Below, one piece after another: positions 29,669 to 39,779 of a DNA stretch of 64,000 bases. The stretch comes from Candidatus Latescibacterota bacterium (GTDB lineage Bacteria > Latescibacterota > UBA2968 > SICM01), in assembly GCA_965217865.1 (NCBI GenBank), contig CBDCJO010000002.1:2624001-2688000 (forward strand), read 5' to 3'. Both the position numbers and the translations under genes were made by a program. Positions within the stretch are counted from its first letter, which is position 1. Each line of letters starts with the position of its first letter. The notes under the pieces were generated by a model. It saw only the letters and a program-made list of their open reading frames with translations, did not search any database and had not been told where the DNA came from.

Positions 29669-31633
29669 TTATCCTTCCGGCCGGACGGTTACGGAAAGGA
29701 CATCCTCCGCCGGTAGATCGACGCGGACGGTCAGAACCGTGTATTTCCCGTCATCACTTTCCACGGCAGACTCCAGGTGTCCCTCGTTTGAGATATACTT
29801 TCCACTCGGGAGGACGAAAGTCAGCTTTGCTTTCGGAAGGGACTCCTTCAGGGTGTTGGTGATTGTCGCGGTGACATTGGATTGTGATCCGTCGTTGGCA
29901 GGTGTGTAGGTCACCCCCAGGGGGAAATCCCCCCGGTTGAACGGGAATCCCCACTGTGATCCCTGATAGGTGCATGACACGACTCTACTGTCCTGGAAAC
30001 GGACGAGCCTGAAGCTCGACTTCCCCACCCGTTGAGTCGGTGTTTTTCCGATCAGCATCACCTTGTTCCCGGGTCCGTGTCCGTCCTGGATCATCCGGAT
30101 CTGGTGTTTATCCAGAAAAGATTCGACAGGGGCGTTATGTTCAAAGGCATTGATAATCTTGCACCGGACGCCTGCCCGGGATGACAGCAAAGCATCGGCC
30201 TTGGAGAGATCCACGTGCCAGGGGTGACCGAAGTTCAGGATGCAGAGATCCGGACCGAAGTCGATCAAGTCCACCGGATCCCCGTACCACCTTTCGTGGC
30301 CATAGAATTGATGATTGCCGAAAGTGATCACATAAGGCACCTGGAGATTCGAAAGCGCCCCGGACACATACGCCGGGTTCACCTCGTTGGCCACGAGGAG
30401 CATATCCGGGTCAAGGAGGTTTGCGATTTCGGCCAATCCCTCGATGTGCCCGGCCTGTTCCTGGCCCCAGGTATCGAGATGCCCGAAGGTCATGAATACA
30501 GGGTCTTTTGGGTAGGATTTCACAACGTGGACGCTGCTGGGGGAAGATAGCGTGGAGGAGGTCGACCGAATCAGATTCAACAACCACCCGAAGTAGGATT
30601 CGTTCCTTGCCGAGATCTCGAGAGACAGCTCATAGAGCCCTTCCGGGACATCCTCGGGAATTACGGCTATTATTTCCCGGTCATAATTGAACGCCGCCGT
30701 CGTGTCCTCTTCAATTTCCAGGATTCGAGACATGACGGCCGGACCGACCCGCCGTGACAGCGTTGCCTTTTCAACTTTGTTTCTGTAAACAACAACCCGG
30801 GTCCGAAAAGACTCCCCCGGCTTGCGTATGACAGGATGTCCAAGGGTTGGAAAACGAAATCCGCGAGCTCCCGCCGACCCACTGCGAAAGAGATAGACAG
30901 GCGGCAGGATCGTCTCTGCCCCGGGTGACACGGAAATACCCTCGATCCTTGAGGTCTCCCAGCCTGAGGCGCTCAGGCTCAAAGAATACCCATCTCCGGC
31001 AGGAGTCCCGGTGAGCCTGCACCCCCCGGTCAGCCAGTTCCGTACCAGGGTGTTTCGAATCTGGCGGTCTCCGCGTGTGAGCACGGCTTGAACATCGACC
31101 AGAAAAGCGTTCTCTTCGCCATTGATGCTGAACCCAAGATCGCCTGAGGATTCCTCCAGAATCAGGAATCCGGTGATTCTACAGACCCCGAAGTCCTGAT
31201 CCAGTTGGTGCTCGAGCCGCACGTTGTGTTTCCCGGGTTCAAGACCCCGGGCAAGGACGACTTCGTTTGGCACGCCACGTGGATACACGATCAGAGAGTC
31301 ACCATCATCTATGACGATGGCAAGTCTTCCCAGGTCAGGGCCTCCATAGGCGGGGACCGCATTGCCCCCAAGACGGACGGCCAGACCCGTCCCTTCAAAC
31401 GCGAAGGTGAGTGCAGCCTTGTCATCATAGGACTTGAGGAATTTGGTTTTGGATCCGCGGAAATGGCTTTCCCTCCAGTTTCCGGTGCGTTGAACGCGTT
31501 TGGAATCCAGCGCTGAGATCCAGTTCTCACCGGTCAGGAAAGGATCACCCCCCTGGGCCCAGCCAGGGGGTGCACAATAAACAGCCAGGAATATCAACAC
31601 GAGCACTGATTTTTTGGCCATATCACAATTCAT
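29669..31633 (-). CDS. Secreted hypothetical protein with degenerate metallophosphoesterase-like domain
   Basis: Signal peptide (MAKKSVLVLIFLAVYC), beta-rich N-terminal domains, then FGHLD, PDMLLVANE, FGNHQ, DGHG. Confidence 0.55.
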   Translation of the reverse strand: MNCDMAKKSVLVLIFLAVYCAPPGWAQGGDPFLTGENWISALDSKRVQRTGNWRESHFRGSKTKFLKSYDDKAALTFAFEGTGLAVRLGGNAVPAYGGPDLGRLAIVIDDGDSLIVYPRGVPNEVVLARGLEPGKHNVRLEHQLDQDFGVCRITGFLILEESSGDLGFSINGEENAFLVDVQAVLTRGDRQIRNTLVRNWLTGGCRLTGTPAGDGYSLSLSASGWETSRIEGISVSPGAETILPPVYLFRSGSAGARGFRFPTLGHPVIRKPGESFRTRVVVYRNKVEKATLSRRVGPAVMSRILEIEEDTTAAFNYDREIIAVIPEDVPEGLYELSLEISARNESYFGWLLNLIRSTSSTLSSPSSVHVVKSYPKDPVFMTFGHLDTWGQEQAGHIEGLAEIANLLDPDMLLVANEVNPAYVSGALSNLQVPYVITFGNHQFYGHERWYGDPVDLIDFGPDLCILNFGHPWHVDLSKADALLSSRAGVRCKIINAFEHNAPVESFLDKHQIRMIQDGHGPGNKVMLIGKTPTQRVGKSSFRLVRFQDSRVVSCTYQGSQWGFPFNRGDFPLGVTYTPANDGSQSNVTATITNTLKESLPKAKLTFVLPSGKYISNEGHLESAVESDDGKYTVLTVRVDLPAEDVLSVTVRPEG

Positions 31634-31766
31634 CTGCCAATCTCCTTCTCCGGGTGTTGCACAAAAGCTTTTCCCGACCCCCGACCCCTGCCTTTGCTTT
31701 CCTGCTACTGCCACCTGCTACTGCTCTTCCCTGCCCCTGACCTTTGACCTCCGGCCTCTGCATTTT

Positions 31767-34586
31767 TCATTTTCCATTTCCCTTCATCCCCTCGACTACC
31801 GCCTGAATAAACGGCAGACGGTATTTATGAAAATTGCGCCCAGCGCTATTACGGGTCATGCTTATGACCAGATCGTTCTTCACATCGATGCGCATCGTCG
31901 CCCAAGAGGCGGCTCCGTGAGTCACCGTTCGATCGCTCGTCGCGCCGTCATAGGCCCAGTAGCAGCCCATCCCCCAGACCACCTCCGTCTCCGGACCGAT
32001 GGCCTTCGTGAGTCTTCTTGGAAGCATCTTCTCGAAGGTCTCCTCGCTGAAAAACCGCTTGTCGCCGTAAGCACCCCCGTTCAACAACATCTGTCCAATC
32101 GTGGCCATATCTCGGGCCGTGGAATGGGCGTCGTAGGATGAGTTGGTCACGTCCGTATCCTGACAGCCCAGCGGGTCCAGCAGATGTTTCTTGTAGAAGA
32201 TCGGTAAGGCCTCACCGCTGAGCTGCTCGACGATCTTCGAACCAAGCGCCTGGCTCATCCCGTTGTAGCCACGGTTCTTCCCGATTTTCAGGTAGGGGTA
32301 GCACTCAGCGACCTTGTGCTCGAAATCGTTCGTATGATCACCCCAGTGACCCCACATGCCTGCCGTGTGCGTGTAGAGGCGTTGAATCGTGGCCGGGGTT
32401 TCCACCTCGATTCCCGACAGGGACGGAAGGAACTTGTCGACCGTGTCGTCCAGGTCCACCAATCCCTGATCCACGAGCATCATCATGATCGTCCCGGAAA
32501 ACAGTTTCGTCAGGGAGGCCATGTAGCTCTTCGTGTGGGTTGTCATCGGTTCTCCGTCTCGCGTGCCGTAGGCCTTGTGCAGGACGATGACCCCGTGGCG
32601 CGCAACACACACGTCAAAGGCCTCGTCCGTGTCCCCAGCCCACTCGGTCAAATGCGCATCGATTCGTTCGGCGGCCGACGCCTTCATACCGGCTTCATCG
32701 AGCGTCCCTTCCCGCAGGACAGGGGCAGGAGGCCCCTCGATCGGACGCGGGCACACGAATGCGCCGTACCGGTTATCGTTCCCATTGAGCTTGCGCTTCA
32801 AACCCAGCCACCACTGGCGGTCTCTGGCCGAAGGATCTTCGAACACGGACGCTTCACCCTGACCTGGGGCCATCTCATAAAGCCCGGCCAGAAGCTTTGC
32901 CGGCCCGTCCGAACGCCGGGTCTGGTTTGAGAATGCCCTTTTCATCTGTTCAATCACGTGTTTGACTTGTTCGATCGCGACCTCGGGATCGATCCCCAAT
33001 TCTTCGGGGAGTTTGATTGATCCTTCCAGCTTGTGCCGCCACCATCTCAACCGCTCCGGTTTCCGGAAAAGTGTGCTGAACCGCGTGAACGTCCGCCCCG
33101 CTTCGGTCTTGATCCGGGCAACCGCCCCATACCGGCCTGGTTCGAGGGCCTCGGTCACGACATTGTAATCCTTGTCATAGTAGGTCACGTCGATCGTGTA
33201 GGGCCCGATCATCCGTTCGACATACAGAGGTCGCTCGAATTCACAGGATGGAAATTCGTTCCAGGCAAACACGTGGGGTCGGAATACCAGATTTCTCCCG
33301 GACGAAGCTTCGGGCGCGGGTAAAGGACAGGTCCGGAAGCGTGATTTTGACCTCGTACTTGTCGTCAACGACAACTGCCGTCTCCCCTAATGGCTCACCC
33401 GGCAACGGAAGGGGTGGGCGTAGGGTGAGTGATGCGCGCCCGTTCTCCATCGAGAGGTCTCCGCGGGCAAGGATCGTCCCGCTGTCGTTCCGGAGGAGGA
33501 CGGATTTGCCCGTCAGAGTGGGAACAGCCCGCACATCGACCCGCACCCTTGCAAGGTGTTCATACGCTCCCTTTGCCGCTACGGCGTCGATATCCTTGAG
33601 GAGGGGAACCAGAGTCGCCTGCACGCCGTCGATCAGCACCACAAGGTTTCGATAGGAATCCCCCGGCTGCGGCAGCGACCCCGTGAGCGAAGCGACCACC
33701 CGACCCTCCTGTCGGTCCAGCAGTCCCCGGGCGATCGTCGTCTTGCCCTGGTTAACCGTTACTTCCTTCCCCACCATTCCCCCGATCGCCGTCACTTCTA
33801 TTTTTACCTCCGGCGGTGAATCGTCGAACAGATCCCAATCCCCGACAGTCGCGATTGTGGTCACAAAAGGACCCGGCTCAGCTGCAAGCCGGAGCCGATG
33901 CATCCGGGTCCGATTCCGGATCCTGCCTTTTGCCGGGTACCAGACACTGTGGCTGACCTCACCCATATCATCCAAGTCGGCAACGTGAAGCTGAAAACCG
34001 ATGTCGTGTCCGATCTTCGGCTCAACGCCCACATTCGACCACGGGACCATCGCTTCGACCACGTAGCCCTCCGGATTGGACTCGAGGACAGCCGTCAATT
34101 GATCATATTTTTTCCTGAGCTCCCCTTCGGCGCGGCCGTCGTTGAACCCTGTGCGCAGGCCGCCTCATCACCGTTGCGGGGTCTCCCAACGGACCAGTGC
34201 ACAATTTGTCGCCCACTGGGCTCATCCGCGACCGAGAACTCAACGCCGTCGCCCTCCAGCAGCAAATGATCGTATAATGAACCGATTCCCACGTCGTCGT
34301 GGACGAAAATCAGCAAATGCAGCCCGCGTTCGTCCCAGCCTAACCGAAAGCGAACATCCAGATCTTCCTCTTCCTCATCCCCGGCTTTATCACTTGAGAC
34401 CGGAATCACCAGCTCCACGTGCAGACCCTGATCCTGCCAATCGTCGTGTTTGCCATCCACGACAATGTCGTCCAGCATAGGGATGTCGAACGCCGGTGGC
34501 ACGCCGACGATCGCAGCCGCACACACCGAAGCCCTCGCAATTCGGAGAAGCTTCTGAAACCAGTTGTAGAGATGAGTCAACCTCAT
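31767..34586 (-). CDS. Large secreted protein: CBM9-like sugar-binding domain + serine hydrolase (beta-lactamase family), split by two frameshifts
   Basis: IVVDGKHDDW..RLGWDERGL (34095-34586), YVVEAMVPW..GFQLHVAD (33241-34098), MASLTK (SxxK), HTAG, HGAA (31767-33374); frames join near 34165 and 33290. Confidence 0.7.
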
Positions 34587-34864
34587 CGTGTTTACCTCCT
34601 TCGCACGCGTTATCGCTCCCTTGTATTTTTCCCTTCATACAAAAACCAACAAGGCCCTTAACTTTCAGGGTTTGTAGAAAGTGGCCATGGCAGCCCAAAA
34701 GATAAAGGTTTGAAGGAAATGGGAAAAGAAAAACCCGCCGCCATTTTCGGGAGGGCTGTGGTGGGATTCTCCAACGTGGTGATAAGAATATAAAAGCACC
34801 TGCTGCTGGTGCTGGTCAACCTCCACTCGTCCTCGCTCCAGGCGGTGCAGGTGTGCGCGCATTA

Positions 34865-35176
34865 TCAGGTGATTGTCGTATGAGGATTCATATAACTTCT
34901 TATTGTCGATGTAATAGACAGAATCAAAAAGATAACACTGAATAGACTTGAAACTAAAAAAGTATACCTATCCCAATCGATAGGTTTTTTCCTATTATGA
35001 TATTCTTCCGCGGCAGAGAATAAAGGATGCTCAGGATTTTCAATTGCAAACTCCTCGGTCATTTGATCTATTGCTGGAAATCGATTTACCATATAGGATT
35101 TATTTCCATGTAAGGCCGCTACGATCTTATAGAGTTTATCATGTCCTATCTTTTTTACCAGATCTGTGCGCCCCAC
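34865..35176 (-). CDS. Hypothetical AT-rich membrane protein (possibly fragment)
   Basis: 103-aa ORF with C-terminal hydrophobic helix; visibly AT-richer than flanks. Confidence 0.4.
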   Translation of the reverse strand: MGRTDLVKKIGHDKLYKIVAALHGNKSYMVNRFPAIDQMTEEFAIENPEHPLFSAAEEYHNRKKPIDWDRYTFLVSSLFSVIFLILSITSTIRSYMNPHTTIT

Positions 35177-35240
35177 CAGGGAGGTGGTAGTTGCGATTGT
35201 CTTAATATCCGTTTGAGGAAACGGTGGATTTGCCTGATAA

Positions 35241-35579
35241 CTACCTGGACAGCCGCCGCAATATCTCAGGGTCCCGACCCAGATACATCGGCGTACACTC
35301 CACGAGCGTTCGGCATCCCAGGGCCCGGACCTGTTTCAGGAAGGGCAGCGCCTTAGCGAATACCTCCTCCGGGTCATACCGATCCGCGCTTACCTGGTCC
35401 GCCCCGATAAAATCGACCATCACGTGCTCGTGGGTCAGGACGATGCCCAGATCCTTCGGCGACACGGGTCCGGTTACAGTCTGCACACTTCGGTCCAGGG
35501 ACATATTCTGTAACCGCCTTTCAATCCCACATCCAAAAGCGGTAAGCCCAATCGCCTTAAGGGCAACGCGACGAATCAT
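35241..35579 (-). pseudogene. Phosphotriesterase-family protein, N-terminal fragment
   Basis: VQTVTGPV...LGIVLTHEH...TLVECTP.YLGRD; truncated after about 110 aa. Confidence 0.75.
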
Positions 35580-35629
35580 CTCTCCTCCATCAAGCCCGGT
35601 TTCCAGGGGGTCAATCTATTCTTTCCTCA

Positions 35630-35990
35630 AACACCCCTCCGGCCCCCTCCCCGAAACGGGGAGGGGAGGTCATGTGGCTAACTTGTCTAAATTAAAGACA
35701 TTAGCCCCCTTCCCGTCTCGGGAAGGGGGTTTGGGGGTTTGACCCTAAACCGAACTCAATTATCCGTCACGAACATTCTGTAGGGGCACGATGCATCGTT
35801 CCCCTACACCAATTTTCTAGGGCCACCCCGATTTCCGAGGAACGAGGTCGTGCCTTGCACGGTGATTCCCCCGATCCCGGACCTAACCGACATCCGACCC
35901 CTGACCCCCGATTCCCGTCGGGTTTCCAATCTTCAATCGTCGATCTTCAATCTCCCCTGACCTCCGACCTCTGGCCCCTGATCCACTAAT
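35630..35990. repeat. Cluster of REP-like palindromes and heptamer repeats
   Basis: CCCCTCCCCGAAACGGGGAGGGG, CCCCTTCCCGTCTCGGGAAGGGG and GTAGGGGCACGATGCATCGTTCCCCTAC (GTAG-type REP), then CTGACCC/TCTTCAA heptamers. Confidence 0.7.
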
Positions 35991-36498
35991 CCTTCTTCTC
36001 CCCAGAAATAACAATATCCCCCTTTGTGCTCTCCACGATGGCGATGAGCTCATTTTGCTCCTTTTCAGGAACCTTGAACTTATCCAGGGTTATCTTAAAG
36101 TCAGCCGACATCGCCTGCCACTCCCCCTCTGTGATGTTCATATTTGCGTGGGTTTCCTTCATCGTGCGCCCCGTGTATTTCTGAGGCCCTCCTGTTACCT
36201 GGCAAACCAGGGCAGTAACGCGGTACTTGAGCCCTGCCTTGGGAACCCGTTTCCTGGCTTCGTCAATCACTGGATTGGCGTTCAGCACGTCGTTAACCAG
36301 GAGTCGCTCGATGAAGTCATCCACAACAGTCGCAATGGCGTATACACCTCCAAGACGTTCATAGAGCGCCTTTTCTGGTTTCTCCTCCTGGCCGATAGCT
36401 GTTGTTCCATTCCCCAGCGTTACCAGGACAAGAACAAAAAGAGAAACGAAACTCCTCAGGAACAATCGTTGTGCTTGCATTTTTTCGCTCCTTTTCAC
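35986..36498 (-). CDS. Group 1 truncated hemoglobin with N-terminal signal/anchor
   Basis: LYERLGG...VVDDF...GGPQKYTGRTMKETHANMNIT. Confidence 0.9.
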   Translation of the reverse strand: MKRSEKMQAQRLFLRSFVSLFVLVLVTLGNGTTAIGQEEKPEKALYERLGGVYAIATVVDDFIERLLVNDVLNANPVIDEARKRVPKAGLKYRVTALVCQVTGGPQKYTGRTMKETHANMNITEGEWQAMSADFKITLDKFKVPEKEQNELIAIVESTKGDIVISGEKKD

Positions 36499-36545
36499 AC
36501 GGTGAGCTACAACCCTTCTGCTTTTCGTAGTCCGGTGGATTCGTA

Positions 36546-36809
36546 TTATTTTTTGTTTTCTCCAACAAATACTTCTGGAGGACCGGCGACTCCAGCGGCT
36601 TCCATCGCACTTTTCAATTCTTCAGAATTCAAAAATTCTTGAACTCTCTCGCCTTCGCCAACTACCGTGACATGATTAGCGTCCTCCACTGATTGGAGAA
36701 CATAGTGGTCCTTGATTCCAAATTTCTCGCGAGTTGATTCGTGTGCATCGTAGGTTTCTTTCCAAGCCCCAAAATCGTTGACTTTGTGACTAATAACAAA
36801 GACAGCCAT
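36546..36809 (-). CDS. Small ferredoxin-like-fold (cyclase-like) protein
   Basis: HKVNDFGAWK..YD...R...G....SEELKSAMEAAGVAGPP. Confidence 0.65.
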   Translation of the reverse strand: MAVFVISHKVNDFGAWKETYDAHESTREKFGIKDHYVLQSVEDANHVTVVGEGERVQEFLNSEELKSAMEAAGVAGPPEVFVGENKK

Positions 36810-37235
36810 TTTATTTCTCCTTAAGGTTTTCATGTGTAGCCTGGGTCAAATTCGCAGGAGCGGCAACTTGACCGAAGGCAAAGGGAATACTCCGCGCCTT
36901 GTCGCGGGGAAATTTAGTATTTTAGACTTCCAATCAGTTTGATTCCAATTTTTTCAATCACCATCCTCTCGGAGTTTTAGAGGGCGCTCCCGGTGGGTCT
37001 ATGCTTCCGGGAGAATCCCACCGCCAAGCGTAGGAGCGCCCTACCATTGCCGCAATGTACTGCTAAAATTCCTCATAACAAACCGGATAGTCATTGACAA
37101 CGTTGAAACCCTTTCCAACCACCCCTCCCCCGGCCCCTCCTATTCCCCCGATCCCTGACCCCTGACTACCGGTTTTGACTTCCCTGACCCCTGACCTCCG
37201 ACCCCAGCCTTTTCCATTTCCTCTTACACGTCACA

Positions 37236-37331
37236 ACTGAAGTTACTAAAGTCGAACTGTACTATCAGTATATAAATCATATTATCGGTTTTGGGCGCGA
37301 CGCTGTCCCTCCTTATTAACCTTCCACCCAA
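37236..37331. repeat. About 95-bp dispersed repeat, copy 1 (copy 2 at 49298-49393)
   Basis: TAAAGTCGAACTGTACTATCAGTATATAAATCATATTATCGGTTTTGGGCGCGACGCTGTCCCTCC vs TAAAGTCAAACTGTACTTTCAGTACATGAATCATATTATTGGTTTTGCGCGCGACTCTGTCCCTCC. Confidence 0.8.
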
Positions 37332-37685
37332 GCACGGTTTTCCCACGTTTCACGTTTGACGTTTCACGGCCTATCCTTTTGTTGTTGCAAACATGATACG
37401 CTTGTGTTATCATTTCACATGACGAGGTCCGAATCGACTTCAAAAGGGCTTTAACCGGGCCGTATTGACCGCAAACGCCCCTTTTATTCGACAGACCGGT
37501 TTTTAGGGCCCTTTATCGAAGTCCTTTCCTGTACGGCACGGGACTTGCAGGTACCAACTTCTGAATTGAATCGATTGTTACAAAGGTCTGACTGTATTAT
37601 CGGTACCTGACCCATTGCTTTTAGGGGGAGTTTTGCAATTTCCATTTTGCATTTTCCATTTCCCCCAGCCTCGGAGCCCTCCGCC

Positions 37686-39029
37686 ATGAAACGATTTGCG
37701 AAACAACTCCTGATTTGTCTGACCGCCCTCCTCTTCTGCCCCGGCTGGGTGGCAGCCCGGGAACGATCCCCCTTCGTGGTTGAAGGCATAGAGATCCTGG
37801 GCAACGCCAGAACCAAGGACAACGTGATCATCCGCTCGATGGTCCTCAAGCAGGGTGATCTGCTGACCTCGAAACGCATTATCGCCACCCAGCGAGATCT
37901 CTACCGTACCCGCCTTTTTCGAACGGTCCACGTCTCCTCGAAGCCCGGAACCTCCGACGGGAAGGCCATCGTGGTCGTCTATGTTGAGGAGAAAAGGTTC
38001 GGAGACGTCAACCTCGGGGGTGAATACAGCGAACTCGACGGATTCACTTTTGTGTCGGAGGTTCGATATGTCAACCTTCAGGGAGATGGGAAAAGCATTG
38101 GGGTCTCATACGACCTCGGAGAGCGGCGAAAAGGTTGGAAGGGCGCCTATTCCGACCCCTACCTGTTCAACTCCCGATATTCCTTCCTGTTAGGCCTTCA
38201 CGGTTCGACTTTCGAGCGGGATCTCTATCCCGATACAGAGGTGGCGTTTCGGAAGGCGCAGCGCCTCGGAACCTCCATCGATCCTTCACTGGGCAATCCG
38301 GACCGCAATGGAATCTACAAACTGGATCGCCTGGGTGCCACACTCGGTTTTAGCAGGGATTTTGGAAAGGGATATCGCACGATCTTCAAATATGGAGCCG
38401 AAGAGGTGGACGTGGGTTGGTTCCGCACCCCGAAGGCAACTGGTCCGTTCGCGAAGGAGATCGGGAACAACCTGGGTCGGGATGCCCTGGTGACCCTGGG
38501 TCTGGAATTCCGGAAAGGCCTTGTGGGTCCTGTGCGAAGGCTTCCTCAAACCGAATTTACCCTCTCCGCCGAATACTCCCCCGTCCTGCTGGGTTCGGCC
38601 GCCCGCTTCGCCCGGCTCAGAGCGGACGCCGCTGCTCACATTCCCCTCGTCCCGGGGCATATCCTGTCTTTCGAGTTTAAGTCGGGCGCTGTCCTTTGGG
38701 ACCCCCCCTTCTATGAACGCCTTTTCTTGGATGGGAACTACCAGCTTAAAGGGTTTGAGCGTAGAGCGATCGGTCCCGAGGGAGGGACCAAAATGCTGTT
38801 TGTGGAAGCTGTCTATTCCCTTCCCGTCGGGCGCTTGGGCCGATTCTATCTTTTCGGCGAGGCCGCGAATGTCTGGGTGAAAGGGCAGGAAATAAAGTTG
38901 CGCGAACTCGATGGCACCTTCGGGGTCGGTTTATCTCTCCTGAATCGGATCGAATTCAGTTTTGGTTTTGGCCCCCGCACCTTTATCCTCCGGACCCACC
39001 GGATCGGAGGTATCCGCGCCGGCCTTTAG
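37686..39029 (+). CDS. BamA/TamA (Omp85) family protein with one POTRA domain
   Basis: Signal peptide, IEILGNARTKDNVIIR...LYRTRLF..V...VYVEEK POTRA, LKGF loop-6-like motif. Confidence 0.8.
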   Translation: MKRFAKQLLICLTALLFCPGWVAARERSPFVVEGIEILGNARTKDNVIIRSMVLKQGDLLTSKRIIATQRDLYRTRLFRTVHVSSKPGTSDGKAIVVVYVEEKRFGDVNLGGEYSELDGFTFVSEVRYVNLQGDGKSIGVSYDLGERRKGWKGAYSDPYLFNSRYSFLLGLHGSTFERDLYPDTEVAFRKAQRLGTSIDPSLGNPDRNGIYKLDRLGATLGFSRDFGKGYRTIFKYGAEEVDVGWFRTPKATGPFAKEIGNNLGRDALVTLGLEFRKGLVGPVRRLPQTEFTLSAEYSPVLLGSAARFARLRADAAAHIPLVPGHILSFEFKSGAVLWDPPFYERLFLDGNYQLKGFERRAIGPEGGTKMLFVEAVYSLPVGRLGRFYLFGEAANVWVKGQEIKLRELDGTFGVGLSLLNRIEFSFGFGPRTFILRTHRIGGIRAGL

Positions 39030-39086
39030 ACCCCCACCCAGAGGTCCATTAACCGCGCCATCCTCCTCAGGGGGTATAAAAATTCG

Positions 39087-39779
39087 ATGCCGAAAGCAAC
39101 CCGATGGCACAAACTCCCGGTAATGTCGATCCTTCTTCCCCTGGTCATCTACGGGGTAATGGGGGAAGCTGTGTTCGCGGGTGAGATTTCGGTCACAGAT
39201 CGTCGGATCGATGTCAATGAGGAAGTCCTCCTTCTCGATCTTCGACTGAAGGGCCTCTTCTCTGAACGCACCCTCAACGCGATTCAGGCCGGCATGACAA
39301 CCAGGCTTGCCATCAAGATCCGCCTCAGTCCTCGCGGGCGTCCGGCCTTCGAGAAGGACCTCGTCTTTCAAATCCATCACGACATTTGGGAAGGGCAGTT
39401 CCTCGTCCTCAAACGAGCGTCTCCACCGGACACCCTTCGAACCACCGCGCTGGACACCGTTCAACAATTCTGCACCGAAATCGACAGGGTGGAGCTTATT
39501 CCCATTGAGCACATCCTTCCAGACGAGCCATTCGGCCTGAAGCTCCGAATCGGGATCGATACGTCCACCCCTGAACAGGCCAGACGAACCCGGAAATGGC
39601 TCGCGCCCCCTCAAGAGGATGACGAGGTCGATTCTCCCGGGGGGGTCCGGATCGATCTGGGCAATGTGATCGATTTCTTCTTCAACATCTACAAACCGCA
39701 GGAGCAGTCTCCCTGGATTGACCTGGGAACCTACGTCGGAAGGGTAACGGACCGGATGACGCTGGAGGAGCTTCCGTGA
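39087..39779 (+). CDS. DUF4390-like protein
   Basis: Exported protein immediately upstream of an NtrY-like kinase, the usual DUF4390 context; AIQAGMT...HDIW. Confidence 0.55.
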   Translation: MPKATRWHKLPVMSILLPLVIYGVMGEAVFAGEISVTDRRIDVNEEVLLLDLRLKGLFSERTLNAIQAGMTTRLAIKIRLSPRGRPAFEKDLVFQIHHDIWEGQFLVLKRASPPDTLRTTALDTVQQFCTEIDRVELIPIEHILPDEPFGLKLRIGIDTSTPEQARRTRKWLAPPQEDDEVDSPGGVRIDLGNVIDFFFNIYKPQEQSPWIDLGTYVGRVTDRMTLEELP

